This document shows positions 1 to 9,719 of a DNA stretch of 64,000 bases, one piece after another. The notes under the pieces are model-generated. The model ran no database searches. It saw only the letters and a list, made by a program, of their open reading frames with translations, and was not told the origin of the DNA. The DNA comes from Gammaproteobacteria bacterium (GTDB taxonomy: Bacteria; Pseudomonadota; Gammaproteobacteria; Eutrophobiales; Eutrophobiaceae): positions 192,001 through 256,000 of the forward strand of contig OZ250183.1 in NCBI GenBank assembly GCA_965238225.1, written 5' to 3'. A program made the position numbers and the translations under genes. The first letter of the stretch is position 1. Every line of letters starts with the position of its first letter.

Positions 1-2601
1 GATGTAAAGATAACAGAAATAAATAATATCCATTTACTGCAACCAGTGATTAAACAAATGCAACTTACAGAAAAAGCCAAGGCCAAAACACAAGAAGCTT
101 TCTTACGCACATCAAACAGTCTAACTGAAACATTAGACCAAGCTCTAAAAATGCAAATGACTTTATTGCAGAACACACCTTTGCATTCAACACTGATTGA
201 ACCAACCCAATTTAAGAAAGCAACAACAGAAACCGTAGATAAAAACTGTTTATTTGACAGGGATCAATGTATGGAAATTGCTATTGGTTCCATCGGCAAG
301 GTTCTGGGCGTGGAATTTGCAGAAATAGATCAACACCCAAAACGCGTCCGGCTACCAAATGAGCCGCTCATGTTAGTGGACAGGATCATGGAAATAAATG
401 GTGTGCCCGCCTCGCTGGCTATAAACCCTTTAACTTCAGGCAGTATTATTACCGAGCATGATATCCTGACTGATGGTTGGTATCTGGATGGCGGGCGTAT
501 TCCAACCTGTATTGCCGTTGAAGCTGGACAGGCAGATCTATTCTTATCTGGGTATCTGGGTATAGATCACATCATCAAAGGACAAGCGGTTTACCGTTTG
601 CTTGATGCTAAAATCACTTTTCACGGGTCACTGCCCAGACCTAGCGAAGTAATTCGTTACGACATTCGTATCGACCAGTTTTTCAAACAAAATGAAACCT
701 ATTTGTTTCGTTTTAATTTTGAAGGCACGGTCAATGGACGACGATTACTAACTATGACAGAAGGTTGTGCGGGTTTCTTTACGCAAGCTGAGCTGGATGC
801 AGGCAAAGGCATTGTCAAAACCGAAATGGAAAAACGCCCGCAACGAGGACAAGTACCAGACAGTTGGCAACAGCTTGTACCTATGGCGACTGAGTCATAT
901 AACGATCAACAGTTAAACGCACTGCGTAAGGGTAATCTTGGCGAGTGCTTTGGTGAAAACTTTTTGAACTTACCTTTAAATCGTGCCGTTGGTCTTCCTG
1001 GCGGACGCATGACATTAGTCCATAGAATTCTAAAGCTTGATCCTGTTGCTGGTCGTTTTGGTATTGGTCAAATCACAGGTGAGGCAGACATCCACCCTGA
1101 TGATTGGTTTCTGACCTGTCATTTTTTAGATGACGAAGTGATGCCTGGCACCCTCATGTACGAATGTTGTTTACATACCTTGCGTGTTTATTTAATGCGC
1201 ATGGGTTGGGTTGGTGAACAAGATGAAGTTGTCTACGAGCCTATTATTGAAGAGACCAGCCAACTTAAGTGTCGTGGTCAAGTGATAGAATCGACAAAAA
1301 AAGTGCAGTATGAAATCACGCTAAAAGAAATTGGATATAAAGATAACAACGGAACGCCTTATGTTTTAGCAGATGCGTTGATGTCTGCAGACGGTAAGCC
1401 TATTGTACAAATAAATAATATGTCTATGCAATTAAGTGGGCTTAATAAACAAAAGATCGAAAATATCTGGCAAAGTAAATCTGCCTCTCAGGTGAAAAAT
1501 ACAAAAAATTACAGCAAGGGAAAAACTATTCTATTTGATTTTGATTCAATTTATGCCTTTGCCAATGGCAAACCTTCCGATGCCTTTGGTGATCGCTATA
1601 AAATATTTGACGAAAAACGAAAAATTGCGCGCCTGCCCAGACCGCCTTATCAGTTTATTGATCGAATTACATCTATTAAAAACTGCCAAGCATGGACATT
1701 AAAGGCAGGAGGTATCATTGATGCCGAATATGACGTGCCAGAAGATGAATGGTACTTTAAAGAAGACAGACAAGCTCGTATGCCTTTTGCAATATTGCTT
1801 GAAGTTGCTCTACAACCTTGTGGTTGGCTGGCAGCTTATTTAGGTTCAGCCCTTGCCAGTGATATCGATTTATCCTTCAGGAATTTGGGAGGCAATGGTA
1901 AGCAGCTACTTGCTGTGACTCCGACAACTGGCACTCTATCCACCCAAGTCAAGATTACCAATGTTTCAAAATCAGGAGGCATGATCATTCAAAATTACGA
2001 CATAAAAATACGCTGTGATGATAGCGTTGTTTATAAGGGTGATACCTATTTTGGGTTTTTCTCCAAGCAATCTCTGGCTGAACAAGTGGGCATCAGGGAA
2101 GCTCAACCCTATGAGCCTGATAGCGCTTCCTGTGCGCGAGGAATATCCTTCCCATACCCGAAGTCTGCTCCCTACCCAGACGCTATGATGCGCATGGTAA
2201 GTGATGTGACTTTGTTTGATCCGCAAGGTGGGCCAAATGGACTGGGCTTTATTCGCGGAATAACGCAGGTAAATCCAAACGCGTGGTTTTTTAAGGCGCA
2301 TTTTTATGAAGACCCTGTTTGGCCTGGTTCTTTAGGACTTGAATCTCTTATACAGCTTTTAAAAGTTGTCGCTGTAGAAAAATGGAATCTGGCAAAGTGC
2401 GATTTTGAAGTCATGGCACTAGGGGAAACCCACCGCTGGATATATCGTGGACAAATCATTCCGAAAGATGAGCAAGTAACGGTTGAGGCCGTAATCACTG
2501 AGGTAGATTCTAACAGAAGACTTGTCCGTGCTGATGGATTTTTGACTGTGGATGGCAGAATTATCTATCAAATGAACGACTTTGCGCTGCGAATCGCTTA
2601 G
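1..2601 (+). CDS. pfaC: PUFA synthase PfaC/PfaBC-like protein, C-terminal FabA-type dehydratase domains (5'-truncated by window edge)
   Basis: Frame open from base 1; FabA-like DH motifs HPDDWFLTCHFLDDEVMPGTLM and WFFKAHFYEDPVWPGSLGLE, plus LSGYLGID; tandem DH/pseudo-DH layout of PfaC. Confidence 0.85.
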   Translation, partial: DVKITEINNIHLLQPVIKQMQLTEKAKAKTQEAFLRTSNSLTETLDQALKMQMTLLQNTPLHSTLIEPTQFKKATTETVDKNCLFDRDQCMEIAIGSIGKVLGVEFAEIDQHPKRVRLPNEPLMLVDRIMEINGVPASLAINPLTSGSIITEHDILTDGWYLDGGRIPTCIAVEAGQADLFLSGYLGIDHIIKGQAVYRLLDAKITFHGSLPRPSEVIRYDIRIDQFFKQNETYLFRFNFEGTVNGRRLLTMTEGCAGFFTQAELDAGKGIVKTEMEKRPQRGQVPDSWQQLVPMATESYNDQQLNALRKGNLGECFGENFLNLPLNRAVGLPGGRMTLVHRILKLDPVAGRFGIGQITGEADIHPDDWFLTCHFLDDEVMPGTLMYECCLHTLRVYLMRMGWVGEQDEVVYEPIIEETSQLKCRGQVIESTKKVQYEITLKEIGYKDNNGTPYVLADALMSADGKPIVQINNMSMQLSGLNKQKIENIWQSKSASQVKNTKNYSKGKTILFDFDSIYAFANGKPSDAFGDRYKIFDEKRKIARLPRPPYQFIDRITSIKNCQAWTLKAGGIIDAEYDVPEDEWYFKEDRQARMPFAILLEVALQPCGWLAAYLGSALASDIDLSFRNLGGNGKQLLAVTPTTGTLSTQVKITNVSKSGGMIIQNYDIKIRCDDSVVYKGDTYFGFFSKQSLAEQVGIREAQPYEPDSASCARGISFPYPKSAPYPDAMMRMVSDVTLFDPQGGPNGLGFIRGITQVNPNAWFFKAHFYEDPVWPGSLGLESLIQLLKVVAVEKWNLAKCDFEVMALGETHRWIYRGQIIPKDEQVTVEAVITEVDSNRRLVRADGFLTVDGRIIYQMNDFALRIA

Positions 2602-2624
2602 AATGAGCCAAAAGGACTAACTTT

Positions 2625-3824
2625 ATGAGATATTCCCGTGTACATATGGAGTCTATCGGTTACGAATTGCCGCCTGTGGTGGTAACTTCTGACGATCTTG
2701 AATCCAAGCTTGCGCCCATGTATGACGCGTTACACATTGCCCCGGGTCAACTGGAGGCGCTCACTGGCATCACGGAAAGACGCTGGTGGGAAGAAGGCCA
2801 TAGACTGTCTGATGGTGCTGCCGTTGCTTCCCGTAAGGCTCTGGATCAATCCAATGTCAAGGCAGAGGATATAGAAACGCTGATTTACACTGGTGTTTGC
2901 AGGGAAAATTTTGAACCAGCCACAGCTTGTGCTGTAGCTGCACAGCTAGGCATTAAAGATGATGCCAATATTTACGATATTTCCAATGCCTGTCTTGGTG
3001 TGCTAAATGGCATTATTGATATCGCCAACCGTATTGAATTAAAGCAAATCCGTGCTGGCATGGTGGTTTCCTGTGAGACATCACGAGAAATCGTTGAAAT
3101 AATGATTGAACGTATGCTGCAAAATAAAACCATGGACATGTTCAGTCGATCTTTGGCTACATTGACAGGCGGCTCTGGCGCAGCAGCGGTGTTGCTCACT
3201 GATGGATCGTTCGATAATGATCAAACTCATAAATTACTGGGTGCTGCCAATCAGTCCGCACCGGAACATCATAAGCTTTGCCGCTGGGGCACAATGCTAT
3301 CTCCTGTTGCCTTGAGCGAATTCATATTTTCTCCGGATAAATTACTTTCTGCCATTGATCAAATCATGGAACCAGAAGTTTTACCGAGCGCAGTAAAGAA
3401 AATCATGAATAGTGACAAAATTCCACCATCACTTGCCAACATAATGCCTACCCAGAAATTACCCGATGCCCTTTCAGAGTTCATGTCCACGGACTCTGTT
3501 GCCGTGCTTACACATGGTGCCAAGCTTGGTGTAAAAACTTGGGGTTCGTTCCTAACGAAGATGGGCTGGGCAAAAAATCAGGTAGACAAGGTGATTTGTC
3601 ATCAGGTTGGTGAAGGTCACAGAGACACTATATTAAGAGAATTGGGCATTGATCCAGCAAAAGATTTTAGTACTTATAAATACCTCGGCAACATTGGCAC
3701 AGTGTCAGTACCGCTTACTGCTGCAATTGCAAAACAACGTCAATTTCTAAAACCTGATGATCGCGTCAGCTTCATGGGTATTGGTAGCGGCCTCAATTGT
3801 ATGATGCTTGGCTGGAAATGGTAG
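2625..3824 (+). CDS. oleA: OleA, thiolase/FabH-fold head-to-head acyl condensing enzyme
   Basis: LTGITERRWW, ENFEPATA (Glu), ISNACLG (Cys), ICHQVG (His), LGNIG (Asn), GIGSGLNC; first gene of oleABCD order. Confidence 0.9.
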   Translation: MRYSRVHMESIGYELPPVVVTSDDLESKLAPMYDALHIAPGQLEALTGITERRWWEEGHRLSDGAAVASRKALDQSNVKAEDIETLIYTGVCRENFEPATACAVAAQLGIKDDANIYDISNACLGVLNGIIDIANRIELKQIRAGMVVSCETSREIVEIMIERMLQNKTMDMFSRSLATLTGGSGAAAVLLTDGSFDNDQTHKLLGAANQSAPEHHKLCRWGTMLSPVALSEFIFSPDKLLSAIDQIMEPEVLPSAVKKIMNSDKIPPSLANIMPTQKLPDALSEFMSTDSVAVLTHGAKLGVKTWGSFLTKMGWAKNQVDKVICHQVGEGHRDTILRELGIDPAKDFSTYKYLGNIGTVSVPLTAAIAKQRQFLKPDDRVSFMGIGSGLNCMMLGWKW

Positions 3825-3884
3825 AATATTACCCGCGACACACACTCCGTTTCATCATTAAATCCGTATCGAACACTTTAGTAA

Positions 3885-4775
3885 ATGAATTACCCTGATT
3901 ATTCATTTGATCATCATTACCATTATATAAAAAATTTGCGTCTGCATTATCTGCATGAGGATCAAAATAACGAAAGTGCCGAGACAGTTGTCATGATACA
4001 TGGCAATCCGAGCTGGTCTTTCTTTTACAGAAAATTGGTGATCGCTTTACGGAATAATTACCGTTGCATCGTACCGGATCATATTGGCATGGGGCTGTCT
4101 GATAAACCGGATGATAAAACCTATGATTTCACACTGAATCAACGTGCTGATGATCTAGAATCATTATTGGATCATTTAAATATCACAAACAGCATCACGC
4201 TGGTGTTGCACGACTGGGGCGGTATGATCGGGATGGCATATGCCACACGTTATCCAGAAAGGATAAAGCGACTTATCATATTAAATACCTCGGCCTTTCA
4301 CCTGCCGAAAGATAAATCTGTCCCCTGGCAATTAAAACTCAGCCGTATTCCTATAATTGGAATCATCCTTAACCAAGGGTTTAATATTTTTGCGCGCAAT
4401 GCCGTTAAACAATGTGTCACACGCACAACCATGTCGCCTGAAGTTGCTGCGGCCTATCTTGCGCCCTACAATAATTGGTCACATAGACGTGCTATTCAAA
4501 AATTTATACTTGATATTCCGTTGCAACCAGGTAGCGCCACTTATGAAACAGTCGAGAGAATTGATAAAGCTACTGAAAAACTTTCAGAAATTCCTATGTT
4601 GATCTGCTGGGGAATGAAGGATTTTGTTTTCGATCATCATTTTCTCGAAGAATGGACAAAGCGTTTTCCCGATGCCGAGCTTTACCGCTTTGAAGATGCT
4701 GGACATTATATCCTTGAAGATGCCCCTGAGGATATTATTCATTTAATACAACAATTTCTTCGCGCGCACCCTTAA
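3885..4775 (+). CDS. oleB: OleB, haloalkane-dehalogenase-like alpha/beta hydrolase (beta-lactone decarboxylase)
   Basis: HGNPSW, PDHIGMGLSDKP, HDWGG, AGHYILED; lies between oleA and oleC. Confidence 0.9.
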   Translation: MNYPDYSFDHHYHYIKNLRLHYLHEDQNNESAETVVMIHGNPSWSFFYRKLVIALRNNYRCIVPDHIGMGLSDKPDDKTYDFTLNQRADDLESLLDHLNITNSITLVLHDWGGMIGMAYATRYPERIKRLIILNTSAFHLPKDKSVPWQLKLSRIPIIGIILNQGFNIFARNAVKQCVTRTTMSPEVAAAYLAPYNNWSHRRAIQKFILDIPLQPGSATYETVERIDKATEKLSEIPMLICWGMKDFVFDHHFLEEWTKRFPDAELYRFEDAGHYILEDAPEDIIHLIQQFLRAHP

Positions 4776-4781
4776 AAATAA

Positions 4782-6452
4782 ATGCATTCTGCGAATATTG
4801 CCTCGCACCTTCCTATCATTGCAAATCAGCAAGCTGATGCCTTGGCGATTGCTGAACAGAAAAGCGGACAACAATGCACTTATCGCCAACTTGATGATGC
4901 CAGCAATATTATTGCCAAAGGCTTAATGACCACAGGCATAGGTAAAGGTGTGCGTACAGTATTAATGGTGACACCCAGTATTGATTTTTTCGCATTGGTC
5001 TTTGGATTATTTAAAGTTGGCGCAGTCATGGTTGCTGTTGACCCCGGTATTGGCACAAAACAATTAGGAAAATGCCTAAATGAGGCAGAACCTGAGGCCT
5101 TTATTGGTGTCAAAAAGGCACACATTGCCAGACGAATCTTCGGATGGGCAAAAAAAACAATCAAAATTAATATTGTTGTTGATCCTAGCTTCATGCCAAA
5201 GGCTTTCTATGGTTGGCGCAGCTTAAGCCTTAAAGAACTAAAACAGGCAGGCGCTGGTAATCAAAATCCTATACCTGTATCAGTTAATACTCAAGAAAAT
5301 GATGTGGCAGCCATTTTATTTACCAGCGGCAGTACAGGCACCCCCAAAGGGGTTATCTATACGCATGCCAATTTTAATGCCCAAGTCTCTACATTAAAAA
5401 ACCTATATAACATTCAAGCAGGAGAAGTTGATTTATCCACCTTTCCTTTATTCGCCTTGTTTGGACTTGCCATGGGTACAAGCTCTATTATCCCTGATAT
5501 GGATTTCACGCGACCCGGCAGTGTCAATCCAGAAAAAATATTCTCCGCGATAGAACAATATAAAGTCACTACCATGTTTGGTTCCCCTGCCTTGCTAAAT
5601 TGTGTAGGTCTTTATGGCAAGCACAAGCAGAAAAAATTATCCAGTATGAAGCGGGTGCTTTCTGCTGGCGCGGAAGTCCCAACTAAAACCATGCAATGTT
5701 TTTCTGATATATTAAATGATGGCGTTCAGATATTCACGCCTTATGGCGCGACTGAATCATTACCTGTAAGTTCTATCGGTAGTGATGAGGTGTTGCAATC
5801 AACTTGTGAGGAAACAAAAAAAGGTAAGGGCGTTTGTGTTGGTTTGCCGCTTGAAAATATTGATCTGAAAATAATTAATATTATAGATGATGTGATCTCA
5901 AACTGGCAAGATGTTCTTATCCTTAAAGACAACGTCATTGGTGAAATCGCTGTCAAAGGACCTCAGGTAACAAAGGCTTATTATGGGCGTTCGCGCGCAA
6001 CAGAACTAGCAAAGATCATTGATCCGGCAGGCGGCTTTTATCATCGCATGGGAGATGCTGCTTATCTGGACAAACAGGGTCGCTTATGGTTTTGCGGTCG
6101 CTTGAGTCAACGCGTTATCACAAATAAAGAAACTTTATTTACTACTCCTTGTGAAGGCATCTTCAATACCCATATGAAAGTATTTCGTACTGCGCTAGTT
6201 GGTATCAATAATGATGGCAAAATCACCCCCGTAATCTGTGTTGAGCTACAACAGCTTGCTAAAAAAGCTGATAAAAAAATTATTGCGACTGAATTGTTAG
6301 AACTTGGCAGTAAGTTTGAACAAACAAAAACTATCAAACACATCTTGTTTCATCCCGCTTTCCCCGTCGATATCCGTCATAATGCAAAAATAGGTCGTGA
6401 AAAATTGTCTGTTTGGGCCAAACAAGAAATTACGAGAAAAAAGCTCATATGA
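4782..6452 (+). CDS. oleC: OleC, AMP-dependent ligase (beta-lactone synthetase)
   Basis: FTSGSTGTPKG, PYGATE, HRMGD, PVDIRHNAKIGRE. Confidence 0.9.
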   Translation: MHSANIASHLPIIANQQADALAIAEQKSGQQCTYRQLDDASNIIAKGLMTTGIGKGVRTVLMVTPSIDFFALVFGLFKVGAVMVAVDPGIGTKQLGKCLNEAEPEAFIGVKKAHIARRIFGWAKKTIKINIVVDPSFMPKAFYGWRSLSLKELKQAGAGNQNPIPVSVNTQENDVAAILFTSGSTGTPKGVIYTHANFNAQVSTLKNLYNIQAGEVDLSTFPLFALFGLAMGTSSIIPDMDFTRPGSVNPEKIFSAIEQYKVTTMFGSPALLNCVGLYGKHKQKKLSSMKRVLSAGAEVPTKTMQCFSDILNDGVQIFTPYGATESLPVSSIGSDEVLQSTCEETKKGKGVCVGLPLENIDLKIINIIDDVISNWQDVLILKDNVIGEIAVKGPQVTKAYYGRSRATELAKIIDPAGGFYHRMGDAAYLDKQGRLWFCGRLSQRVITNKETLFTTPCEGIFNTHMKVFRTALVGINNDGKITPVICVELQQLAKKADKKIIATELLELGSKFEQTKTIKHILFHPAFPVDIRHNAKIGREKLSVWAKQEITRKKLI

Positions 6453-7438
6453 AAAAAGTACTGCTTACAGGGGGCGGAGGCTTCCTAGGATCGAGCATTG
6501 CTAAATTGCTGCTTAATAAAGATGTGTCCATCTGTAGCCTGCAAAGAAGCGACTGTCTTTACCTGAAAAAACTGGGCATAGAAACTATACGCGGCGATTT
6601 AAGCGATGAAACCACTGTCATAAATGCTGCGAAAGACTGCGACACAATATTCCATGTTGCTGCCAAGACTGGTGTTTGGGGTAATTACAAAGATTATTAC
6701 CAATGCAATGTCACGGGAACAAAAAATATTATCGCCGCCTGCAGAATGCACAATATTCAGAAATTAATTTATACCAGTTCGCCCAGCATTGTTTTTACAG
6801 GAGATGATGAAGAAAATATTAATGAGTCCGTACCTTACCCCGATTATTTCCCCACAGCCTACCAAGAGACCAAAGCGCTGGCTGAACAAATGGTGCTTAA
6901 AGCAAACGATAAATCACTGGCGACAGTAGCGCTAAGACCTCATTTAATCTGGGGTCCAGGGGATCCGCATCTAGTCCCAAGAATTATAACCCGTGCCAAG
7001 GCTGGACATTTGTGCCTGATAGGCAAACAAAATAATCTGGTAGATTCTACTTATATTGATAACGCGGCATTAGCACATATCCTTGCAGCAGAAGCTTTAG
7101 CACCTGACTGTGTTTGTGCTGGAAAGGCTTATTTTATTAGTAATGGTGAACCACTGCCGATGGCAGAATTGATTAATAAAATATTGGCTGCGGCTAAACT
7201 ACCGCCAGTAACTAAAACTATCCCAACTCGATTAGCCTACACGCTTGGCATAATATTAGAGTTTATCTACAAGAACCTTAAGCTAAAAGGTGAGCCAATA
7301 ATGACCCGCTTTGTAGCCAAACAACTTTCCTGTGCACACTGGTATGACCTGAGTGCAGCAAAAAATGATTTTTCTTATCAGGCTAAAGTTAGCGTTAACC
7401 AAGGCATGGAAATATTAAAGACATCATTAGGAAAATAG
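6449..7438 (+). CDS. oleD: OleD, extended SDR / 3-beta-HSD-like 2-alkyl-3-oxoalkanoate reductase
   Basis: TGGGGFLG, YTSSPS, YQETK, LRPHLIWGPGD; ATG 6449 overlaps the oleC stop (ATGA). Confidence 0.9.
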   Translation: MKKVLLTGGGGFLGSSIAKLLLNKDVSICSLQRSDCLYLKKLGIETIRGDLSDETTVINAAKDCDTIFHVAAKTGVWGNYKDYYQCNVTGTKNIIAACRMHNIQKLIYTSSPSIVFTGDDEENINESVPYPDYFPTAYQETKALAEQMVLKANDKSLATVALRPHLIWGPGDPHLVPRIITRAKAGHLCLIGKQNNLVDSTYIDNAALAHILAAEALAPDCVCAGKAYFISNGEPLPMAELINKILAAAKLPPVTKTIPTRLAYTLGIILEFIYKNLKLKGEPIMTRFVAKQLSCAHWYDLSAAKNDFSYQAKVSVNQGMEILKTSLGK

Positions 7439-7475
7439 ATATGTCTGGTTTTTGTTTAATGAGAAATCTTTTTTC

Positions 7476-8213
7476 ATGAACAACGCTTGGCAAAATACTT
7501 GGCAAAAAACACCAGATACATTGAGCCTATACAAAGATTACGTTGATGTTTGGTTTTGCGATATAAAAAAATTATTAACTGATATTAATAATTTTTATTC
7601 CATACTTTCACAAGATGAACGTATGCGCGCAAATAAACTTAAACTTGAAGATAAAAAACAACAATACATTATTACCAGAGGATATTTACGACAACGACTT
7701 AGTTTGTTTACAAACACCAATCCAGAAGATTTTGTATTTGAATATCTCAAACATGGGAAGCCTGTTTTAATTAACCATACGCGATTTTCTGATATTACAT
7801 TCAATGTTTCTCATTCACATGATCTCGCGCTTATCGCAATTACTCAGAAACATAGCCTTGGCATCGACATAGAAAAAATTAACCATGAATCAGATCATTT
7901 GGCATTAACGACACGCTTTTTTTCACAAGCAGAGCAAAGTGAATTTAACACACTATCAGAAACGATCAGAGCAAAAGCATTTTGTGCATGTTGGACACGT
8001 AAAGAAGCGTTTATAAAAGCTATAGGTGATGGCATTTCTTATGGCTTAGATAAATTTGATGTCACTGTTTACCCGGAAATTCAGAATTCACGTATAAATC
8101 TACACAAACCAAGCTCAGAAACATGGTTTGCACAAAGCCTCCATGTCGGGGATAATTACACAGCTTGTCTGGTCAGTAACCGCAATGATATTAATATAAG
8201 ATATTGGCGTTAA
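7476..8213 (+). CDS. pfaE: Sfp/PfaE-type 4'-phosphopantetheinyl transferase
   Basis: HGKP, FNVSHS, LGIDIE, WTRKEAFIKAIG; ATG 7476 preferred over TTG 7452. Confidence 0.85.
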   Translation: MNNAWQNTWQKTPDTLSLYKDYVDVWFCDIKKLLTDINNFYSILSQDERMRANKLKLEDKKQQYIITRGYLRQRLSLFTNTNPEDFVFEYLKHGKPVLINHTRFSDITFNVSHSHDLALIAITQKHSLGIDIEKINHESDHLALTTRFFSQAEQSEFNTLSETIRAKAFCACWTRKEAFIKAIGDGISYGLDKFDVTVYPEIQNSRINLHKPSSETWFAQSLHVGDNYTACLVSNRNDINIRYWR

Positions 8214-8363
8214 TGAGATTTTATTAACCCATGGAATCAACTGTCATTTGATAGTGTGTCTGTAGCTTGTAAAATTTTAACAACTTCTTCCTCTTCTAAA
8301 GTCCAGTAAATTATGCATATTGATTCTTTATTGTATAAATACAGAAACTTAAGCTTTTTTAGT

Positions 8364-8392
8364 TTGACTAACAGAATCGAATCAGTTATAAA
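8364..8392 (+). promoter_or_regulatory. putative sigma70 promoter of comEA
   Basis: TTGACT-N17-TATAAA upstream of AGGAG RBS and ATG 8445. Confidence 0.5.
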
Positions 8393-8435
8393 ATTTGTGG
8401 TGATATAGGGCTTTATTTGTAATTAATAATTTAGG

Positions 8436-8500
8436 AGAATTCACATGAAAATATTAAAAAAGATACTGCTCGTTTCCTGTCTTTTAATCCCAGCACTGTT
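8436..8500 (+). repeat. 65-bp exact direct repeat, copy 1 (comEA start and signal peptide)
   Basis: AGAATTCACATGAAAATATTAAAAAAGATACTGCTCGTTTCCTGTCTTTTAATCCCAGCACTGTT, identical to 8897..8961. Confidence 0.95.
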
Positions 8501-8789
8501 GTTTGCTGAGACAGTTAATATCAATACTGCTGATAAAGAATCTTTGATGTTACTGAAAGGCGTTGGCGAAAAACGTGCGGAGGCAATCATTGCTTATCGC
8601 GAAAAAAATGGTCTCTTCAAATCTACAGAAGAACTCACAGAAGTGAGCGGTATAGGATCATCAGTCCTAGAAAAAAACCTAGAAATCCTAGAGAACCTAG
8701 AAATTACACATGATATATCTGAAGATATGCCTGAAGGTATACCTGAAGATATTATGAAAGATATTATGAAAGATATGAATGATGGGTGA
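8445..8789 (+). CDS. comEA: ComEA-family helix-hairpin-helix DNA-binding protein with signal peptide and acidic repetitive tail
   Basis: VNINTAD, LKGVGEKRAEAIIAYR, FKSTEELTEVSGIG. Confidence 0.85.
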   Translation: MKILKKILLVSCLLIPALLFAETVNINTADKESLMLLKGVGEKRAEAIIAYREKNGLFKSTEELTEVSGIGSSVLEKNLEILENLEITHDISEDMPEGIPEDIMKDIMKDMNDG

Positions 8790-8854
8790 TAATAAATAAG
8801 TTTTAGTATTTTATAGATTTTAATCTTAAAAAATTTAATCTTAATTTAAAGATG

Positions 8855-8880
8855 GCCTCCTCTAAACAGGGGGCTTTTTT
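8855..8880 (+). terminator. intrinsic terminator after comEA
   Basis: GCCTCCT-ctaaac-AGGGGGC followed by T6. Confidence 0.7.
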
Positions 8881-8896
8881 ATAATTATGATTTATA

Positions 8897-8961
8897 AGAA
8901 TTCACATGAAAATATTAAAAAAGATACTGCTCGTTTCCTGTCTTTTAATCCCAGCACTGTT
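8897..8961 (+). repeat. 65-bp exact direct repeat, copy 2
   Basis: Identical to 8436..8500. Confidence 0.95.
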
Positions 8962-9619
8962 ACATACACAAAATGCTTTTGCTCCGACTGCAGGGCTTTT
9001 TAATAATAGTGAAGAATTTTACTCTACTGATTATGATGTAGTAGAGTCCAATTTATTTAGTGATACCCGCCCCAGTAGTATAAGTCCAATCAGTCCAAGT
9101 AATGATGTAGCTACTGTTTTATTCAGTCCTGCTACTAATAAGGTGTTTGTTAATGGAGCTATGTTTGACAGGGATAATGCCAGTGCTGCTTTAGAATCAT
9201 TAGATAAACTATACAACCCTCCAAGTAGTCCAGAACCTATACCCACTGGAATAACTGATTGGCAATCGGTAACACCCGCTTCGTTTGGTAAATATATCAA
9301 AGGTATTAGAGAACCCGGAGGGTTAAAATTACTTGGTAAAGGATTTAAGGCTGGGGCTGAAGGATTAAAAACATTAGTAGGCAGTGGGTTACACTTTTTA
9401 GGTCGGGAAGAAACAGGGCAAGGCATAATAGACAGAGCCGTTGAGCGCATAAGAAAGGATGAGCCATACCATAGGAGGTTATCTAAGGTTGATGTTGGTA
9501 GTGATACTAATGGGGCAATAGATTGGCTTATCTATAATATTGGTCGTAAAGGCAATATATTTGATGCAATATTTTTCCGAGTGCTCAGATTTAAAAACAA
9601 AGGCATGGGCAAGATTTAG
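8906..9619 (+). CDS. hypothetical protein whose N-terminus is copied from comEA
   Basis: 237-aa ORF; first 19 residues identical to ComEA, remainder unrelated. Confidence 0.6.
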   Translation: MKILKKILLVSCLLIPALLHTQNAFAPTAGLFNNSEEFYSTDYDVVESNLFSDTRPSSISPISPSNDVATVLFSPATNKVFVNGAMFDRDNASAALESLDKLYNPPSSPEPIPTGITDWQSVTPASFGKYIKGIREPGGLKLLGKGFKAGAEGLKTLVGSGLHFLGREETGQGIIDRAVERIRKDEPYHRRLSKVDVGSDTNGAIDWLIYNIGRKGNIFDAIFFRVLRFKNKGMGKI

Positions 9620-9719
9620 CCAATATTCATTTGGGTATTCTCTAACGCTTACCTTGTTAGTACCATGTGCCCTACTGTATCCTTAGCGCTTTATAATAAG
9701 CCCAAGAATATTTTTACAC

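Noticed and set aside
9031-9450. 139-aa antisense ORF, and the many other short ORFs overlapping recognised genes
   Set aside because: Shadow frames of longer ORFs with no motifs of their own
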